64,000 nt of DNA, from the NCBI RefSeq assembly GCF_006345805.1, contig NC_043005.1, forward strand, positions 87,916,001 to 87,980,000. Reading direction: 5' to 3'. This document shows positions 24,306-38,507 of this stretch, piece after piece. The notes under the pieces were generated by a model. It did no database searches and had not been told where the DNA came from. It was given only the letters and a program-made list of their open reading frames with translations. The translations under genes and the position numbers were made by a program. Numbering within the stretch: the stretch's first letter is position 1; every line of letters begins with the position of its first letter. Origin of the DNA: Octopus sinensis. Taxonomy: Eukaryota.

Positions 24306-25379
24306 CTGCATATATTCGAAATTGTTCACTACATATTTTTGTAGTTGTTATTGAAATTGTCTCTCAGTTATTCACGTCATCTATGACAGTTGTTCACTCC
24401 ATAATTTTGTATTTATTTACTGAATAGCTTTATATTCGTTCACTGTACAGTTTCGTATTTTTCACCGATTATTTTCAGATTTGTTCGCCGTATATTTGTA
24501 AATATTCTCTGCATATTTGATCTCTGCTTAAACTGTTTTAATGTTGCAGATACTAAAACAATTACATCAAACCTCTTTCTCATTTATCATCCGTTTTGCA
24601 GCACACGAACTGTTTAATTTTTAAACAATTCCCCTCTTTGTCTTTCTCATTCTCTTTGTCTCTCTCTTTTTTCTCCCTTTCTCCTACACTAAATATGCAA
24701 TTGCGCATACTTATTGCTTCAATCGTTGACATATTTTTTTCACGAAGGTCACGAGTATGTTCCTGGTGAATATCTCAAATGAGCTTAATCACCTGTTACT
24801 TTCTTTAATACATACTGTTCAAAAAATAACTTTATCGTCAGCATATAATTTCGTTGATATGTCTTCCCACTGCATATTTAATCTCACTTCGCCATGTTTA
24901 ATCGCCAAACATTAAAAGATTCTTTCACCTACTGTCATTTATCATGTATAAAGGCATCTGAGAATTGGTTAGCTTTTAAATTGTATTCTTTATTTCTCTC
25001 CATCTCATGCCAACGCACATATACTTACAGAAAGAGAAATATGTACACACGTATACAAACGTACATACACATATATCTGTGCAAGTGTGCGCGTGTTGCA
25101 TGTGTTTATATAATATATAGATAACATATAGATAGACATACATAGTGAGAGACCGATATGAATATATAGCCAGAGAAATATACATAGCTACACACTTATA
25201 TTCATGCACACATACATTATGTATTCATCTGTTTTTTTTTTTTTCTTTTGTCTTTCCGTCTTTGTCTTTTTCCTGTCGCTCTCTCTGTCGTTCTCTATCA
25301 AGCAATACATTCTCTGCATATGAGTGTACGTATACATACACACACACACACACACACACACATACACACACACACAGAC

Positions 25380-25437
<58 letters not shown>

Positions 25438-25883
25438 ATATATATATATGCACACATACATATACCTAGATAGATAGATATATGCATATACGTATATATA
25501 AATATACATATACGTAGATGCACACACACACACATGTATATATATATGAACATATATATATATATTTGTGTGTGTATATATATATATATATAATATCTAT
25601 ATAAAAGAATAAAAGAATAAAAGAATGTATATATATATAGCGTTTCAGTTGTTACCGCCTTGACACCAATGATCTGAAATGATTGTTAAACAACTTGAGT
25701 TAACTCCCTTACCTGTCTATCGCAAAGTACAACCCGCAAATAGCTTCAGTCTTCATTGCATTATGTGTAATTAAATTTTTTCTATTTTTGGTTTGTTTTA
25801 ATTTTTCAAGTATTAAAATAAATGTTTCGCTTAATTAATTCTCATTTATCATATCCTGCTTTGCTACAGTGTCTCCTATCACT

Positions 25884-25887
<4 letters not shown>

Positions 25888-25952
<65 letters not shown>
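25888..25952. repeat. (CT)n microsatellite
   Basis: Visible dinucleotide repeat. Confidence 0.95.
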
Positions 25953-25955
<3 letters not shown>

Positions 25956-26764
25956 CTCTATGCGTATGTGTCCGTACGTGTGTGCATGTGTATTTGTCCC
26001 TCTGTGTGTGTGTGTATGTTTGCGTACGTTTCTGTTATTTTCTCTATAGTTTCGAGCTAACAGTTCTCTATCCACAATTGCACACTCGCAAACCAATTTG
26101 CATTTACGATGAGACTATATTTTCACTGAAGAAGACACATGAGGCTGGAAGGTCTACACTTATCATTCATACATACAAATCAATAACGTAAGCTTTTATT
26201 TCTGTTTTGTTCTTTTAACTTTTCTTTTGCTCACTGTATATTTGACGAAATTTTAGCTTCGTTAATGTTCAGTACACTAAATACTAATCTAGCCTACTTA
26301 ATAATAACTTTTATTCTATATTTTAATCAATTATCAGAGAATTAAGCAAACCGTTTGCCTTGATCGGTGATTTAAAATAAGGTGTTGGACAATCGAGAGC
26401 TCTACAAGACACAGCTGTAGACGACCATCATCTTAAGACCGCTTATGTGCAGGACCAAAGCTAAAGACTTCCCGTAACTTCATCAACCCGTCCCCATTGC
26501 TTCCTTCTCTCTCGCCACCGGACTTATGATGGAGTTGGTGCTGATATTGGCGTTAGTGTTGGTCCTGATGCCTTTGTTCGCTGAACAACCTGCAAAAGGA
26601 ATATTATTATAACGCGCAGGGTTTGTGTAGAGCCTGTCCCAGCCTCTTGTATTAGTCAACATATATTATACTCATGCTGAAGATTTCAAAGTCAAACATA
26701 TATTTATCCCCCTTGATTGGCGATCAATGTTTCCCCCCCTTTTATTTTAATGTCCCTAGCATTC

Positions 26765-27057
26765 CCTCAGTTACGATGACGACGTCTCCTACTGATCTAA
26801 TCAACGGAACAGCCTGTTCGTAAAATTAACGTGTAAATGGTTGAGCACTACACAAACACGTGTACCTTCAACGTAGTTCTCAGGGAGATTCAGCGTGATA
26901 CAGAATTGCTCTTTGAATTGAAGGTACAACTCATTTTGCCAGATGAGTAGACTTGACCAACGTGAAATGAAGTATATTGCTCGTGGACAGAGGTCTCGAA
27001 ATCACAACCTTACGATCGTGAGACGAATACGCTATCTACTAGGCCACGTTCCTTCAC
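26765..27057 (-). mobile_element. tRNA-derived SINE family D
   Basis: Shares CAACGGAACAGCCTG.TCGT.AAATTAACGTG...CTTAACGTAGTTCT...ACGACCTTACGATC with copies at 30290, 46465 and 50010. Confidence 0.8.
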
Positions 27058-27092
27058 TGAGGCGAGAAACCATTTATTATAAGAAACTGTAA

Positions 27093-27496
27093 GGCGGCGA
27101 GCTGGCAGAACCGTTAGCACGCCTGGCGAAATTCTTAACGGTATTTCGTCTGCCGCTACGTTCTGAGTTCAAATTCCGCCGAGGTCGACTTTGCCTTCAT
27201 CCTTTCGGTGTCGATTAAATAAGTACCAGTTACGCACTGGGGTTGATATAATCGACTTCATCCGTTTGTATGTCCTTGTTTGTCCCTTCTGTGTTTAGCC
27301 CTTGTGGGTAGTAAAGAAATAGAAATAGGTATTTTGCCTGTCACTACGTTCTGAGTTCAAATTCTGCCGAGGTCGACATTTCTTTTTATCCTTTCGGGGT
27401 CGATAAAATAAGAACCAGTAGAACACTGGGGTCGGTGTAATCGACTTATCCCCTCCCAAAAAATGCTGCCCTTGTGGCAAAATTTGAAACCATTAT
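27093..27496 (+). mobile_element. SINE family B, composite copy with duplicated body
   Basis: GGCGGCGAGCTGGCAGAACCGTTAGCACGCC head. The B-box-like GAGTTCAAATTC occurs twice. Confidence 0.85.
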
Positions 27497-27514
27497 AAGG
27501 GACTGTGAAGAAAG

Positions 27515-27870
27515 AGAAATTAAGACGAAAGAAATGGATTTGCTTTAAAGTTGAAAGTGTTCAGGCCATAAGAAGAAGAAAAACAATGAGGTGGAAGAAA
27601 GTTCCAAAGTCTGGAGGTTCGAGGGAAAAGGCTACGGCCATAGAAAGACTTCCATTTGGATGAAGAGGACGTAAACTTCAAGTCGACGGGTACAGAAGAA
27701 AGTTCATCAGAACACTTCACGGAATAGTAAGGACAGAAAAGACTAAGGGTGATGACATTACGTTGATGCAACAAGGGTTGCAAAGTTGAAGCAAAAGAGG
27801 GCCTAATCACATTAGAATCTCGCTTCTGAACCCAGTCGAGAAGATCCAAGTGACAAGAGGGTACACCTGC
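27515..27870 (-). mobile_element. CR1/L2/Jockey-group LINE 3' fragment
   Basis: LLDWVQKR...LQPLLHQRNV.TLSLF..YY..KCSDEL...SLFPRTSRLWNFLP.HCF..Y.L..F matches the C-terminus of this LINE group. Confidence 0.8.
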
Positions 27871-28334
27871 TCAAAATACATTACAAGCATCTCACGCTTT
27901 ACAGTAACATTGAATTCTGACGATTTCGTGCCACTTGTTATTCACTAGTATGTAAAATATTTTCCATTGTCACTACAAAGTCACTGAACATTAAAAATGA
28001 ATGGGAAAAGCGTTTCGCGTTACGGATTTTACGTTAACAAGATTCTCAAGAACCCAACGTTTCCATATCGCGAAGGAAACTTGTTCGTTTCTCCAAGGAA
28101 TTTTAGTCTTTTATTCATTCTGTCACCTAATATTTGACTTCATGATTTGCATTATCCGCATTGTTGCAAGCATTTTGGGTCACGTCTTAAGTATAAGAAG
28201 AGCCTACTCTTTCCCTAAAACTAGTGTTGAAAACCCCGAAAGAGCCATATGCAAAACATTCGCGCTTTAACATTTTTTTCTGCTTATATATATTTGTTCC
28301 TGATTTAATCAATGAGACATTTTTGAGAGAAGGA

Positions 28335-29110
28335 GAGAAGTGGATAATATCGACTCCAGTACTTGAATAGTACTTTATATGTTATCGGCCCTAAAACGAT
28401 GAAAGGCATAGTTGACCTTGGACAGGGGGTGGATCCAAGGTGTTGCCCCAAAGTTTCGAAAAAATACTATATAATGTGAGAATCACAATTCGTAACAAAT
28501 GAACCCATTTTTATGTATTCTAACTTTGTTGTAGCAGACCCTATGAATATGAAACAGTAATGCTTTGAAACTGCTGGAAATAAACCTTGGTGTCGGCTCG
28601 GATGGGCAAGTAAGGCAACACCGCTGCATCCGGCAGGGAGTTTGAAATTTCAATGTAAAGAGTCAGAAGAAATACTGTACGGCATTTTTCCAACGCTTAA
28701 ACGATTCTGCCACCGCCAATAATAACAATGCTTTCTACTCTAAGCACAAGGCCTGGGATTTTAGGGCATGAGGGCTGGTCGATTACAGCGATCCCAGTAC
28801 TCAACTGGTACTTATTTTATCGATTCCAAGAGAACGAAATGCAAAGTCGACCTCGACAGAATTTGAAATCAGAACCTAAAGACGGACAAAATGTCTTGAT
28901 GGAGAAGTCTTTCAAAATTTGACACACAAGTGCAGCAGTTTTAAGAGGGCGGTAGGTATAAATCGATGCATCCAACTCCAAGACTTGACTAATACTTTAT
29001 TTTATCTCCCCAGAATGATGAAAGGGGAAACTAACTGCCGCAAGTTTTGAACGCAAAACGTACAGAACCGGAACGAAAGCTGCTACAAACCATTTATTTG
29101 TTTCCGATGC
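28335..29110 (-). mobile_element. Cluster of three to four decayed SINE-B copies
   Basis: Repeated ACTCCAGTACTTGA..GTACTT.ATTTTATC...GATGAAAGG..AAGT.GACCT blocks. Confidence 0.6.
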
Positions 29111-29439
29111 TCTATCGAACCGGATTGCCAATCGTTTTCTACTTAATTCTAATAACGCCAACTTTCTGATAGATTTGTCTGATCGAACAACTAAACAAAT
29201 TGATAGTTTATCTCTTTCTAAAAATATAAATTGTATTCAATTATATCGATTTGTATTGAATTGCATTGATTTGTTATCGATTTTTATTGAATTCTATTGA
29301 ATTATAAATAAACTGTAACAATACAGAGTCAATGTTTACAGAGAATGGCATTACGGTACATCATCGTATTGGAAGCAATTGCTTCAGACTCTTGCAGACT
29401 CTTCTCTCATTGACTCTCATATTAAGTGAAACTGCTTCG

Positions 29440-30200
29440 GTTTGGCTGTCGCTGGTGACGATGCTTGTGATGGATTTACTGTAACTAACGGTGACGTTGT
29501 TGGTGGCAATGATTTTCTTGCCGGTTGATGGTGATGCTGATAGGGCTGGTGCTGTTGATGGGGGTTGGTAGTGTTACTGGTGGTGCTGCTGTTGTTGAGG
29601 GTGGAGCTGTTCGTAGTGGTGCTGGTGCTGGTGCTGGTACTGTTAGTGGTGCTGCTGCTTTTGGTGGTGGTGGTGATTTTGGTGGTGGTGGTAGTGGTAC
29701 TTGTGGTGCTGCTGATATTGATGGTGGCGCTTGTGATGCTGGTTGTAGTGGTGGTGGTGGTGGTGGTGGTGGTAGTGTTGATCGTGGCTGTGGTGGCGGC
29801 GGTGCAGTTCTTGCTTCTTTTTGTGTCTCATTTTGTCATTACGAAGGAACTATTATGCACACTTTATTAACCATTCTATCCGACATCACTGCACACGAAA
29901 CAGAACCAGTTTGTTAAATCCACCGCTGACCACCACCACTACACATACGTTTTCACTTTTTGTAAAGTAAACCTAAGACATCTACGTTGCAACCCAGGCA
30001 AGTGGCAAATAAGAAGAGACTATGGTGGAGGAGGAGGAAGAAGAGGGAACAGAGGAGGAGGGGAGAAGAAGAAGAAGAAAAAAGGGGACGGTGGAGGAGG
30101 GGAGAAGAAGAAGAAGAAGAAGAAGAAAAAGATAGGAACGGCGAAGGAGGGAACGGAGGAGGAAGAGGAGGAGGAGGTGGGGAGGGGAGCAGGAGGTGAA
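29440..30200. repeat. Low-complexity (GGT/GCT)n and (GAA/GAG)n tracts
   Basis: Degenerate triplet repeats explain the Gly-, Val- and Glu-rich ORFs in the track. Confidence 0.85.
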
Positions 30201-30289
30201 GTTGAAGGACTCATTACTAAATACAAACAGCTTTAAGACGCGCTCGCGGTTGCAGACACGGCCGGAAGCAGTAGTACCACCAACACCAC

Positions 30290-30605
30290 CAATAACATCA
30301 CCATTTCAAAGAGGGCTGGCATTGATGCCACGGATCAGCTTGCTCGTGAAATTAACGAGAAAGTGGCTGAGCACTCCACAGACTCGCGTATCCCTTAACG
30401 TAGTTTTCAAGGCGACTCAGCATGACTCAGAATGTGAAAAGGCAGGCCCCTTAGAATTACAGGTATAAACTCATTTTCGCCAGCTGAGTCGACTGGAGCA
30501 ATGTGAAATAAAGTGTGTTGCTCCAGGGCATAATGCCCCGCCCTGAAATTGAACTCACGACCTTACGATCATGCGCGTCAAACTGTAACCACTAGGCCAC
30601 ATGCA
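30290..30605 (-). mobile_element. SINE family D
   Basis: Homologous to 26765-27057 and 46465-46782. Confidence 0.8.
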
Positions 30606-30626
30606 TATAACATCGCTGTTATATAT

Positions 30627-30860
30627 GTTTCTTTATTGCCTACAAGGGGCTAAAACATAGGGGGGACAAACAATGACAGACAAACGGATTAAGTCGATTA
30701 CATCGACCCCAGCGCGTAACTGGTACTTATTTAATCGACCCCGAAAGGATGAAAGGCAAAGTCGACCTCGGCAGCATTTGAACTCAGAACGTAACGGCAG
30801 AAGAAATACGGCTACGAATTTCGCCCGGCGTGCTAACGATTCTACCAGCTCACCGCCTTC
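30627..30860 (-). mobile_element. SINE family B with 16-bp target-site duplication
   Basis: CATCGCTGTTATATAT at 30611-30626 and 30861-30876 flanks a complete copy. Confidence 0.9.
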
Positions 30861-31324
30861 CATCGCTGTTATATATCCTGCAACGCCGTCATCGCCACGA
30901 CCCCCAACGCCATCACGGCTGCCAAGTAAACAAGTGCCGCCACCTCCTTCGCCCCCATAATCACTACGACCATCACACACATTGATTTCGTCATCGCTAA
31001 TATCCCCGCCGCCACCTCTATCAATAGCGTACCTACATCGCCGCCTTCCCCAGTATCGCCTTCACTTAATCGTCACTCGCACCACTGCTACAGCCGACGC
31101 CATCATCCAATTAAAGTCTATCACCATCACTTCTGCCATATCTGCCGATTCTGGCCAAACCATTCCTGCAACAGGGAGGTTCTAGTTGCAATAAGCAGAG
31201 AATGGATTCTGCCTGGATTTTATGCAATAAAATGCACCCCGCTTCTCTCTCTCTCTTTCACATACATACACACACTCAGACTCTTTCGCGCTCCTTTCCT
31301 CACACTATCTCACTCTCCTCTCGT

Positions 31325-31362
<38 letters not shown>

Positions 31363-31551
31363 ACACACACATACATGCATGCATATGTGTGTATGTGTGT
31401 GCGTGTGTGTGTATATATAAATATATATACAAACACGCGCACAAATATATATAGACATATATATATATATGTATGTAAGTATGTATATATATATATATAT
31501 ATACAATATGTATATATATGATAAATGTGTATATAGATATATATATATATG

Positions 31552-31599
<48 letters not shown>

Positions 31600-31618
31600 C
31601 ATACATACATACATACAT

Positions 31619-31701
<83 letters not shown>

Positions 31702-32030
31702 CACCGCATAAACATTTCCATATACATCTGTGTATCAACCTATATAAATAATTTGTATGAGTGTGTGTGTGTTTGTGTGTGTGTCTGTGAATTTATATAG
31801 CTGTCTCTGTAGCTATCACACTAGTAAAAGAACCTTCTCTCCCCCCCCTCCGCATGAAAATTGTGCATTATTTTTATTGAGACTGATGTGAGCGTATCTG
31901 CCTCCCATGGACTCAGTTTTTTGATGGGATTTCCAATATATGGCACATATTGTCATTGAGATTCTGAAGAATTAAACCATTTCTTTTGAATGTCTTAAAA
32001 ACTCTAGAAATAAAATACCATCTTGACGAA

Positions 32031-32077
<47 letters not shown>

Positions 32078-32799
32078 CAACAACAACAACAACGATGATG
32101 ATGATGATGATGATGATGATAGAGCAAGTGAAAAAATGAAGTAAGGTAATAAAAATATCGAAATAAGCGAGAAATGGTGCCAGGAGACATCTACCTGAAA
32201 TAGTTTATTCTTTGATTGAAGAAATCATGGTTTTCAATCGAAGAAAATATCGAAGACGGAAAACAAAATAAAGAGAAGAAAAAAAACGGATGCTGGAAAA
32301 GAAAAACATTTTAAAACAAGAAATATAATGTCGGAGAAAATAGAAAAAGAAAAAAATCATTTCAGGTAAGATATATTAAAATTTTATCAAAAGTTTGGTT
32401 CTAATACACGCGCACATATATATATATATAAAGACTCACAGACACACATATTCATCCGTACATACTTACAGATATACAAGTATGTGTTGTGTATGTGTGC
32501 ATGTGTATATCAGCTATGGGTATGGTAATACAAACAGGATGACTAGGACTCGAAATATGAGTATGTGTATTTTTTATGATTATATTTCGGGACGGTCATT
32601 TTTTTTTTGTTTTGCCAAATAAACACACGCACTATGTATTCATTCTTTACTCGTTTATTACTGTGCTTACTCTAACTTGTGTCCACTGTCCGGAAATCTT
32701 TCGTCACACACCTGTGACCTCCACAGCGATATGCTCTTGCTCTACTTATTTCCATTTAATCAGCAAAATTTACCTACTGACTCAAGTCGTATTTTTCGT

Positions 32800-33495
32800 T
32801 AACATACGCACACACACATGCACACATACACACATACAAACACACACACCTAGATTCAGACACACACGCACATTTGCACACATATATAAAATTAATCTGT
32901 AAATGAAACGAATGCAAGAAGTCCAGTACTACAGCTGTTTCAAAAGGGAAACTGGGAGCACGTTATGTAACATTACTTACGTTTCATTACTATCCAATAT
33001 TGTTTCTTATCAGGCGGACGAGGCCATTCAGTTGGATATTATTGGTTACAATGTATTATACAAAAAAAATAATAGCTAGATATACATTTTGAGAATCCAA
33101 AAAGCGAATGGAAAGTGGAATTGATTGAAAGCCAATTGCGTGCCCTACTCACTGATTACCTGAACGTACATACACATACAAACACACAAATCCACATTCA
33201 GACACTCACGCACATCTACACACATATATAAAGTTAATCTGTAAATTGAACAAAATAAAAGAAGCCCAGTACTACAGCTGTTTCAAAAGGGAAACTGGGA
33301 GCACGTTATGTAACATTACTTGTGTTTCATTACTATCCAATGTCCTTTCTCATCGGGCGGACGAGGCCATTCTGTTGGATATTATTTGTTGCAATGAATT
33401 ATACCAAAAACAATGGCTAGATATACATTTTGAGAGTCCAAAAAGCGAACGAAAAGTGGAATTGATTAAAGGCCAATTGCGTACCCTACTCACAT
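32800..33495 (-). repeat. Diverged tandem dimer (343-bp period), each unit with a decayed HHR
   Basis: The units share TACTACAGCTGTTTCAAAAGGGAAACTGGGAGCACGTTATGTAAC. On the minus strand, CUGAUAA (copy 1, 32926-33019) or CCGAUGA (copy 2, 33269-33362) precedes GAAACAGCUGUA. Confidence 0.75.
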
Positions 33496-33887
33496 ATTAC
33501 GAGATAGAGGGAGATGTGGTTTGAAGATCATTTTGTTGTCTGCATAATCAAGTTTAAAGTGTGGCCATAGAAGATTCTGATTTAATTAATGTTTTTCGTA
33601 TGTTGTCGAATTATTCATCAGGCGTCAGTTTGGGGAAGCCAGAGCACAAAAATGAGATGGTTATTGCTTAGGAAAAATAATGAAATAAAAGGTATAAAGG
33701 GGAAGCAGGCAAGAGGAAAGGAAGGGACAAAATAAAAAAATTGAAGGGCTAGATAATAAGGTGATGCTTGGAAGTTATGTTTATGCACATAAACGTATGT
33801 ATCCATGTACACACATGGAAAAAAGAAAATAAAAAGAGTCAAGCAGACACGATATAACCATGTATACATAAAACCGTATATATATGC

Positions 33888-34047
33888 GTCGCGGCTGTGT
33901 GACAAGTAGCTTACTTACCAACCACATGGTTCCGGATTCATTCCCACTGCGTGGCACCTTGAGCAAATGTCTTCCACTATAGCTTCGGGCCGACCAAAGC
34001 CTTGTGAGTGGATTTGATAAACGAAAACTGAAAGAAGCCCGTCGTAT
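33888..34047 (-). mobile_element. SINE family C head
   Basis: Reverse complement of the GTGGTAAG.AGCTT...GGTTCCGG.TTCA.TCCCACTGCGTGGCACCTTG head. Confidence 0.8.
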
Positions 34048-34054
34048 ATATGTA

Positions 34055-34109
<55 letters not shown>

Positions 34110-34134
34110 AAAATTTAATATACAATTATTCATA

Positions 34135-34425
34135 ATTGTAGTATCCTACGATGATGAGAAAGAAGTTGGGTAAGGTAGAATTATCTAATTCTTATGCTTT
34201 CCTAAAACTTGATTTCGAAACGTACGTCCCTAGGTGACTTAAAATTGTATGATAGATTGCCGTCATTTCATTCTCTCTTACCTGTCTGTGTTTGCCTTTC
34301 AAGTGCTGTGTTTTTACTGAGATCTCCCTTTTAGTAGAAAGAATAGCTATAACTCTTTGACTGCTATTTCTAAATTCGGTGTGTGGTGAGGCAATTCGTT
34401 GCTAAACCCTTAATTGCTTAGTATA
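34135..34425 (+). mobile_element. Older copy of the 55560-57038 family with a degenerate HHR
   Basis: CUACG AUGAUGA ... GAAACGUACGUC CCUAG at 34146-34233 aligns to 56657-56752. Confidence 0.8.
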
Positions 34426-34429
34426 TATA

Positions 34430-34645
34430 TATATATATATGTTTGTGTGTCTGTGTTTGTCCCCCCAACATCGCTTGACAACCGATGCTGGTATATGTAC
34501 GTCCCCGTAACTTTTGCGGTTCGGCAAAAGAGACCAATGGAATCAGTACTAGACTTACAAAGAATAAGTCCTGGGGTCGATTTGCTCGACTAAAGATGGT
34601 GCTCCAGCATGGCAACAGTCAAATGACTGAAACAAGTAAAAGAGT
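34430..34645 (+). mobile_element. SINE family C tail
   Basis: TGTGTTTGTCCCCCCAACATCGCTTGACAACCGATGCTGG...GAAACAAGTAAAAGAGTA. Confidence 0.85.
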
Positions 34646-34744
34646 ATATGCAAGCTTGTTCACACACACAGACAAACAAACACGTATACATATATTTTAT
34701 CTATTACACAACTTTCTGAAATGTACGTATTAATGCATTTAGAA

Positions 34745-34955
34745 TATTAATTTCGAATTTCGGTACAAGGCCAGCAATTTAGGGGGTAGGGGGAGTAAGT
34801 CGATAAAATCGATCACAGTGCAGAACTTGTATTTATTTTTGCGATTCCGGAAAGACGAATGGTAAAATCGACCTCGGCAGAATTTGAACTCAGGACGTAA
34901 AGACGAATGAAATGCCGCTGTATGTTTTAAAAGGTTTGCTTTAGAATTCTTCCAC
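34745..34955 (-). mobile_element. SINE family B
   Basis: Homologous to 27093-27496 in reverse orientation. Confidence 0.75.
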
Positions 34956-35009
34956 CGCGCCGCCATAAATGCTTTCAGAATATTACTATGATACTTGGTT
35001 TAACGTTTT

Positions 35010-35045
<36 letters not shown>

Positions 35046-35380
35046 CTTTAAATATCTGTTGTTATGAACGTCGATAACATGAACACAAATATAAGGTAAA
35101 GAAAATTTCCTGGTCCACAGTTCTCTTAGTTCAAACGTCTTTTTTTATTACGTCAAATCGGTTGCTTCGCCTCGTAAGCAAGCACTTCCGTAGCTCACCA
35201 AAAACCACGCCCTGTTATAAAACACAAACGTTATAACGTTCTGCAGGAACTGCACTGGAATCTTTCGTAGTATATCAATATCAAAGCTCAACACAAATGC
35301 AAACACAAACAAACCTAACAAATTTGTCTTTCTTCCTCACCCTCTCTCCCTCTCCTCTTTCTGGCTTTCTCTCCCTTTCG

Positions 35381-35411
<31 letters not shown>

Positions 35412-35475
35412 TCTTCCTCTCTCTATGTATCTTTCTCTCAATCTATCTCTTTTTCTCTCTAAAATTATACAGAAT

Positions 35476-35641
35476 AGGCGCAGGCGTGGCTGTGTGATAA
35501 GAAGCTGGATTCTTTCCAAATGGTTCCGGGTTCTCATCCCACTGCGTGGTACCTTGGGCAAGTTTCTTCTGCTATAGCTTCCGACCGTCCAAAACCTTAT
35601 GAGTGGATTTGGTAGACGGAAACTGAAAGAAACCCGTCGTA

Positions 35642-35690
<49 letters not shown>

Positions 35691-35920
35691 GTATTTGTGC
35701 CTGTGTTTGTCCCACCATCATCGCTTGATAACTGTTATTGGTGTGTTCACGTTCCCGAAAATTAGAGGTTCGGCAAAAAAGGACCGATAGAATAGAATAA
35801 GTACTAGGATTACAAAGAATAAGTCTTGGGGTCGATTTCTTCGACTAAAGGTAATGCTACAGCATGGCCACTGTCAAATGACTGAAGCAACTAAAACAAG
35901 TAAAAGAATGAAAGAATAAT
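35476..35920 (+). mobile_element. Full SINE family C with internal (TG)n
   Basis: tRNA-like head, internal microsatellite at about 35640-35690, conserved tail. Confidence 0.85.
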
Positions 35921-36079
35921 TCGTTTCTTTCTCTTGAGAACAGAACTGAAATCAAGGCAAGATGTCTGTGTGTCCTGCTGTATTGATCGAAACGACGGTT
36001 GGCCAGTGATTGTTAAAAGGTTTCAAATTTGAAGCTGAGAAGCAATAAGTGCGCTTCTGTATCTCTTATTTTTTATTTA

Positions 36080-36595
<516 letters not shown>

Positions 36596-36818
36596 AGCTG
36601 AGAGGTTTCAAATAAATTTCAAACGAAAGAATGGATTATTTTCCTCCTCTCTTTTCATTTCTTGTGTTATTTTCATCATGTCGACCACAACTTATAGGAA
36701 ACCTGGAAAATGTTTTCAGTATTGCATTTTAAATTAAAATTGTTAGAATCTTAGTCATGGGTGTCTTAGGTGTTGATGGATTATTTCCGGAATATGTTTG
36801 GCAATATTTTCAGAATAA

Positions 36819-37160
36819 GGCGTCGAGTTAGCAGAATCGTTAGCGCCCTGGACGAAATGCTTAGCGGTATTTCGTCTGCCGCTACGTTCTGAGTTCAAAT
36901 TCCGCCGAGGTCGACTTTGCCTTTCATCCTTTCGGGGTCGATTAAAATAATAAGTACCGGTTACACACTGGAGTCGATATAATCGACTTAATCCGTTTGT
37001 CTGTCCTTGTTTGTTCCCTCTGTGTTTAGCCCCTTGTGGGTAGTAAAGAAATAGGTATTTCGCCAGTCACTACGTTCTGAGTTCAAATGCTGCCGAGGTC
37101 GACTTTGCCTTTCATCCTTTCGGAATCAATAAATTAAGTACCAATGAAACAATGGTTTCG
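36819..37160 (+). mobile_element. SINE family B
   Basis: Closely matches 27093-27400. Confidence 0.85.
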
Positions 37161-37359
37161 ATATAATCGACGGATCCTCACTCCACAAACTTTTCTAGAA
37201 AGGACTAGAAAAGAATGATGCAATGGAATGTTTAGATGTGCATTGAGATGTTTTTCTATTAGGGTGAAACACAGAATATTTCGGGGTAAATACAAACCGA
37301 ATTCCTTTATAAACGTTCTCAGTTTCATTGAATTAAGTAAAGTATATAATCAATATGCG

Positions 37360-37670
37360 AGAAGGCCCGCGACCTAGTGGTTAGGCGCGACACACTCTCG
37401 ATCGTGAGACCGTCGTTTCAATTCACAGGCTGGCTGTGCGTTTTGCTCTTGAGCAAAACACTTCATTTCACATCGCTCCAGTCCATTCAACTGTAAATGG
37501 ATAACCCAGCCTTCTGATTGGGGGTGGAGACGTTGGCCTGCTTAACTTGCTGCGGGGCGGTTTCTTTTGAAAGTTAAACGATGCAAAGTGCAATATGACC
37601 AGAACGAATGGGAATATTCGATAATCTGGTCCATCACGTGAGCCAAGATGGCTACATGGTGTCATTGAGA
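37360..37670 (+). mobile_element. tRNA-headed SINE (family D-like head, different tail)
   Basis: GAAGGCCCGCGACCTAGTGGTTAGG head and CORE-like TTGAGCAAAACACTT. The tail resembles 22445-22567. Confidence 0.6.
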
Positions 37671-38391
37671 TACATGTTTGAAATAGCATCCAGACCATTC
37701 ACCTGTAACACGCTGCCATTTTAAAGCAGGAAGGTCTTAGAAATTAAAAGCAACTTTCGTAATCATTCGCGCATATATTGAAAACTTGTGCAATTTAATA
37801 AAGAAAGAAAACTATTCAACTACATTGGTGCATTTGGCAGAGTCACAAAACATAAAATTGATGATGTAGCAAAGTTAATGACGTGGGGAAGAGATTCTGG
37901 GAACAGTTTAATGAGAGGCATATCTGTTGTGATCGCCTGAACAGCAAGAAGAAGAAGTAGAAATAAAAGAAAATGGCGACGATGTTTAATAAACTCTGCA
38001 AAGGAAGTACGTCGTTATTCAGTTTTACAAACCTCGCTTCAATCATTATACCTTCTGACATAACTTATATAAATGACATGTTTCTGTGATGAGTTACTGT
38101 AATTAAACTCGTGATAATTAAAACGATAATTGAAAGATGATGATTCAGGAGAGGAAATTTATTGTTATTGCGACAATGATAATTATTATTGTTATTAAGA
38201 TAATGATCAAAAATACTTAACAGAATCGTATATTCCAATACAGATAATATTACCATTTTCCAAATTATTATGGTCAACTTTAGAATGTATCTTTTCGATA
38301 TACATACACATACATATTTGTAATTATATGCATATGATTGTGTGTATGTTTATGCATATATATGTACATATATATATATATATTATATATA

Positions 38392-38424
<33 letters not shown>

Positions 38425-38507
38425 GATATATATATATATTATAATATATAATATATATATATATCTATATATATATATATATAATATATATATATATAAT
38501 AATATAT

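Noticed and set aside
28050-28115. HHR-like GAAACGUUGGG on the minus strand
   Set aside because: The upstream core has at least 2 mismatches and helix II does not abut GAAA.
29525-29917. 130-aa Gly/Ala-rich ORF with a hydrophobic start
   Set aside because: It is explained by degenerate GGT/GCT repeats, all frames are open, and no splice context is evident.
37703-37936. Exon-like segment on the minus strand with a strong polypyrimidine acceptor and CAG|GTGAAT donor
   Set aside because: Stops occur in all frames and no recognisable peptide results.
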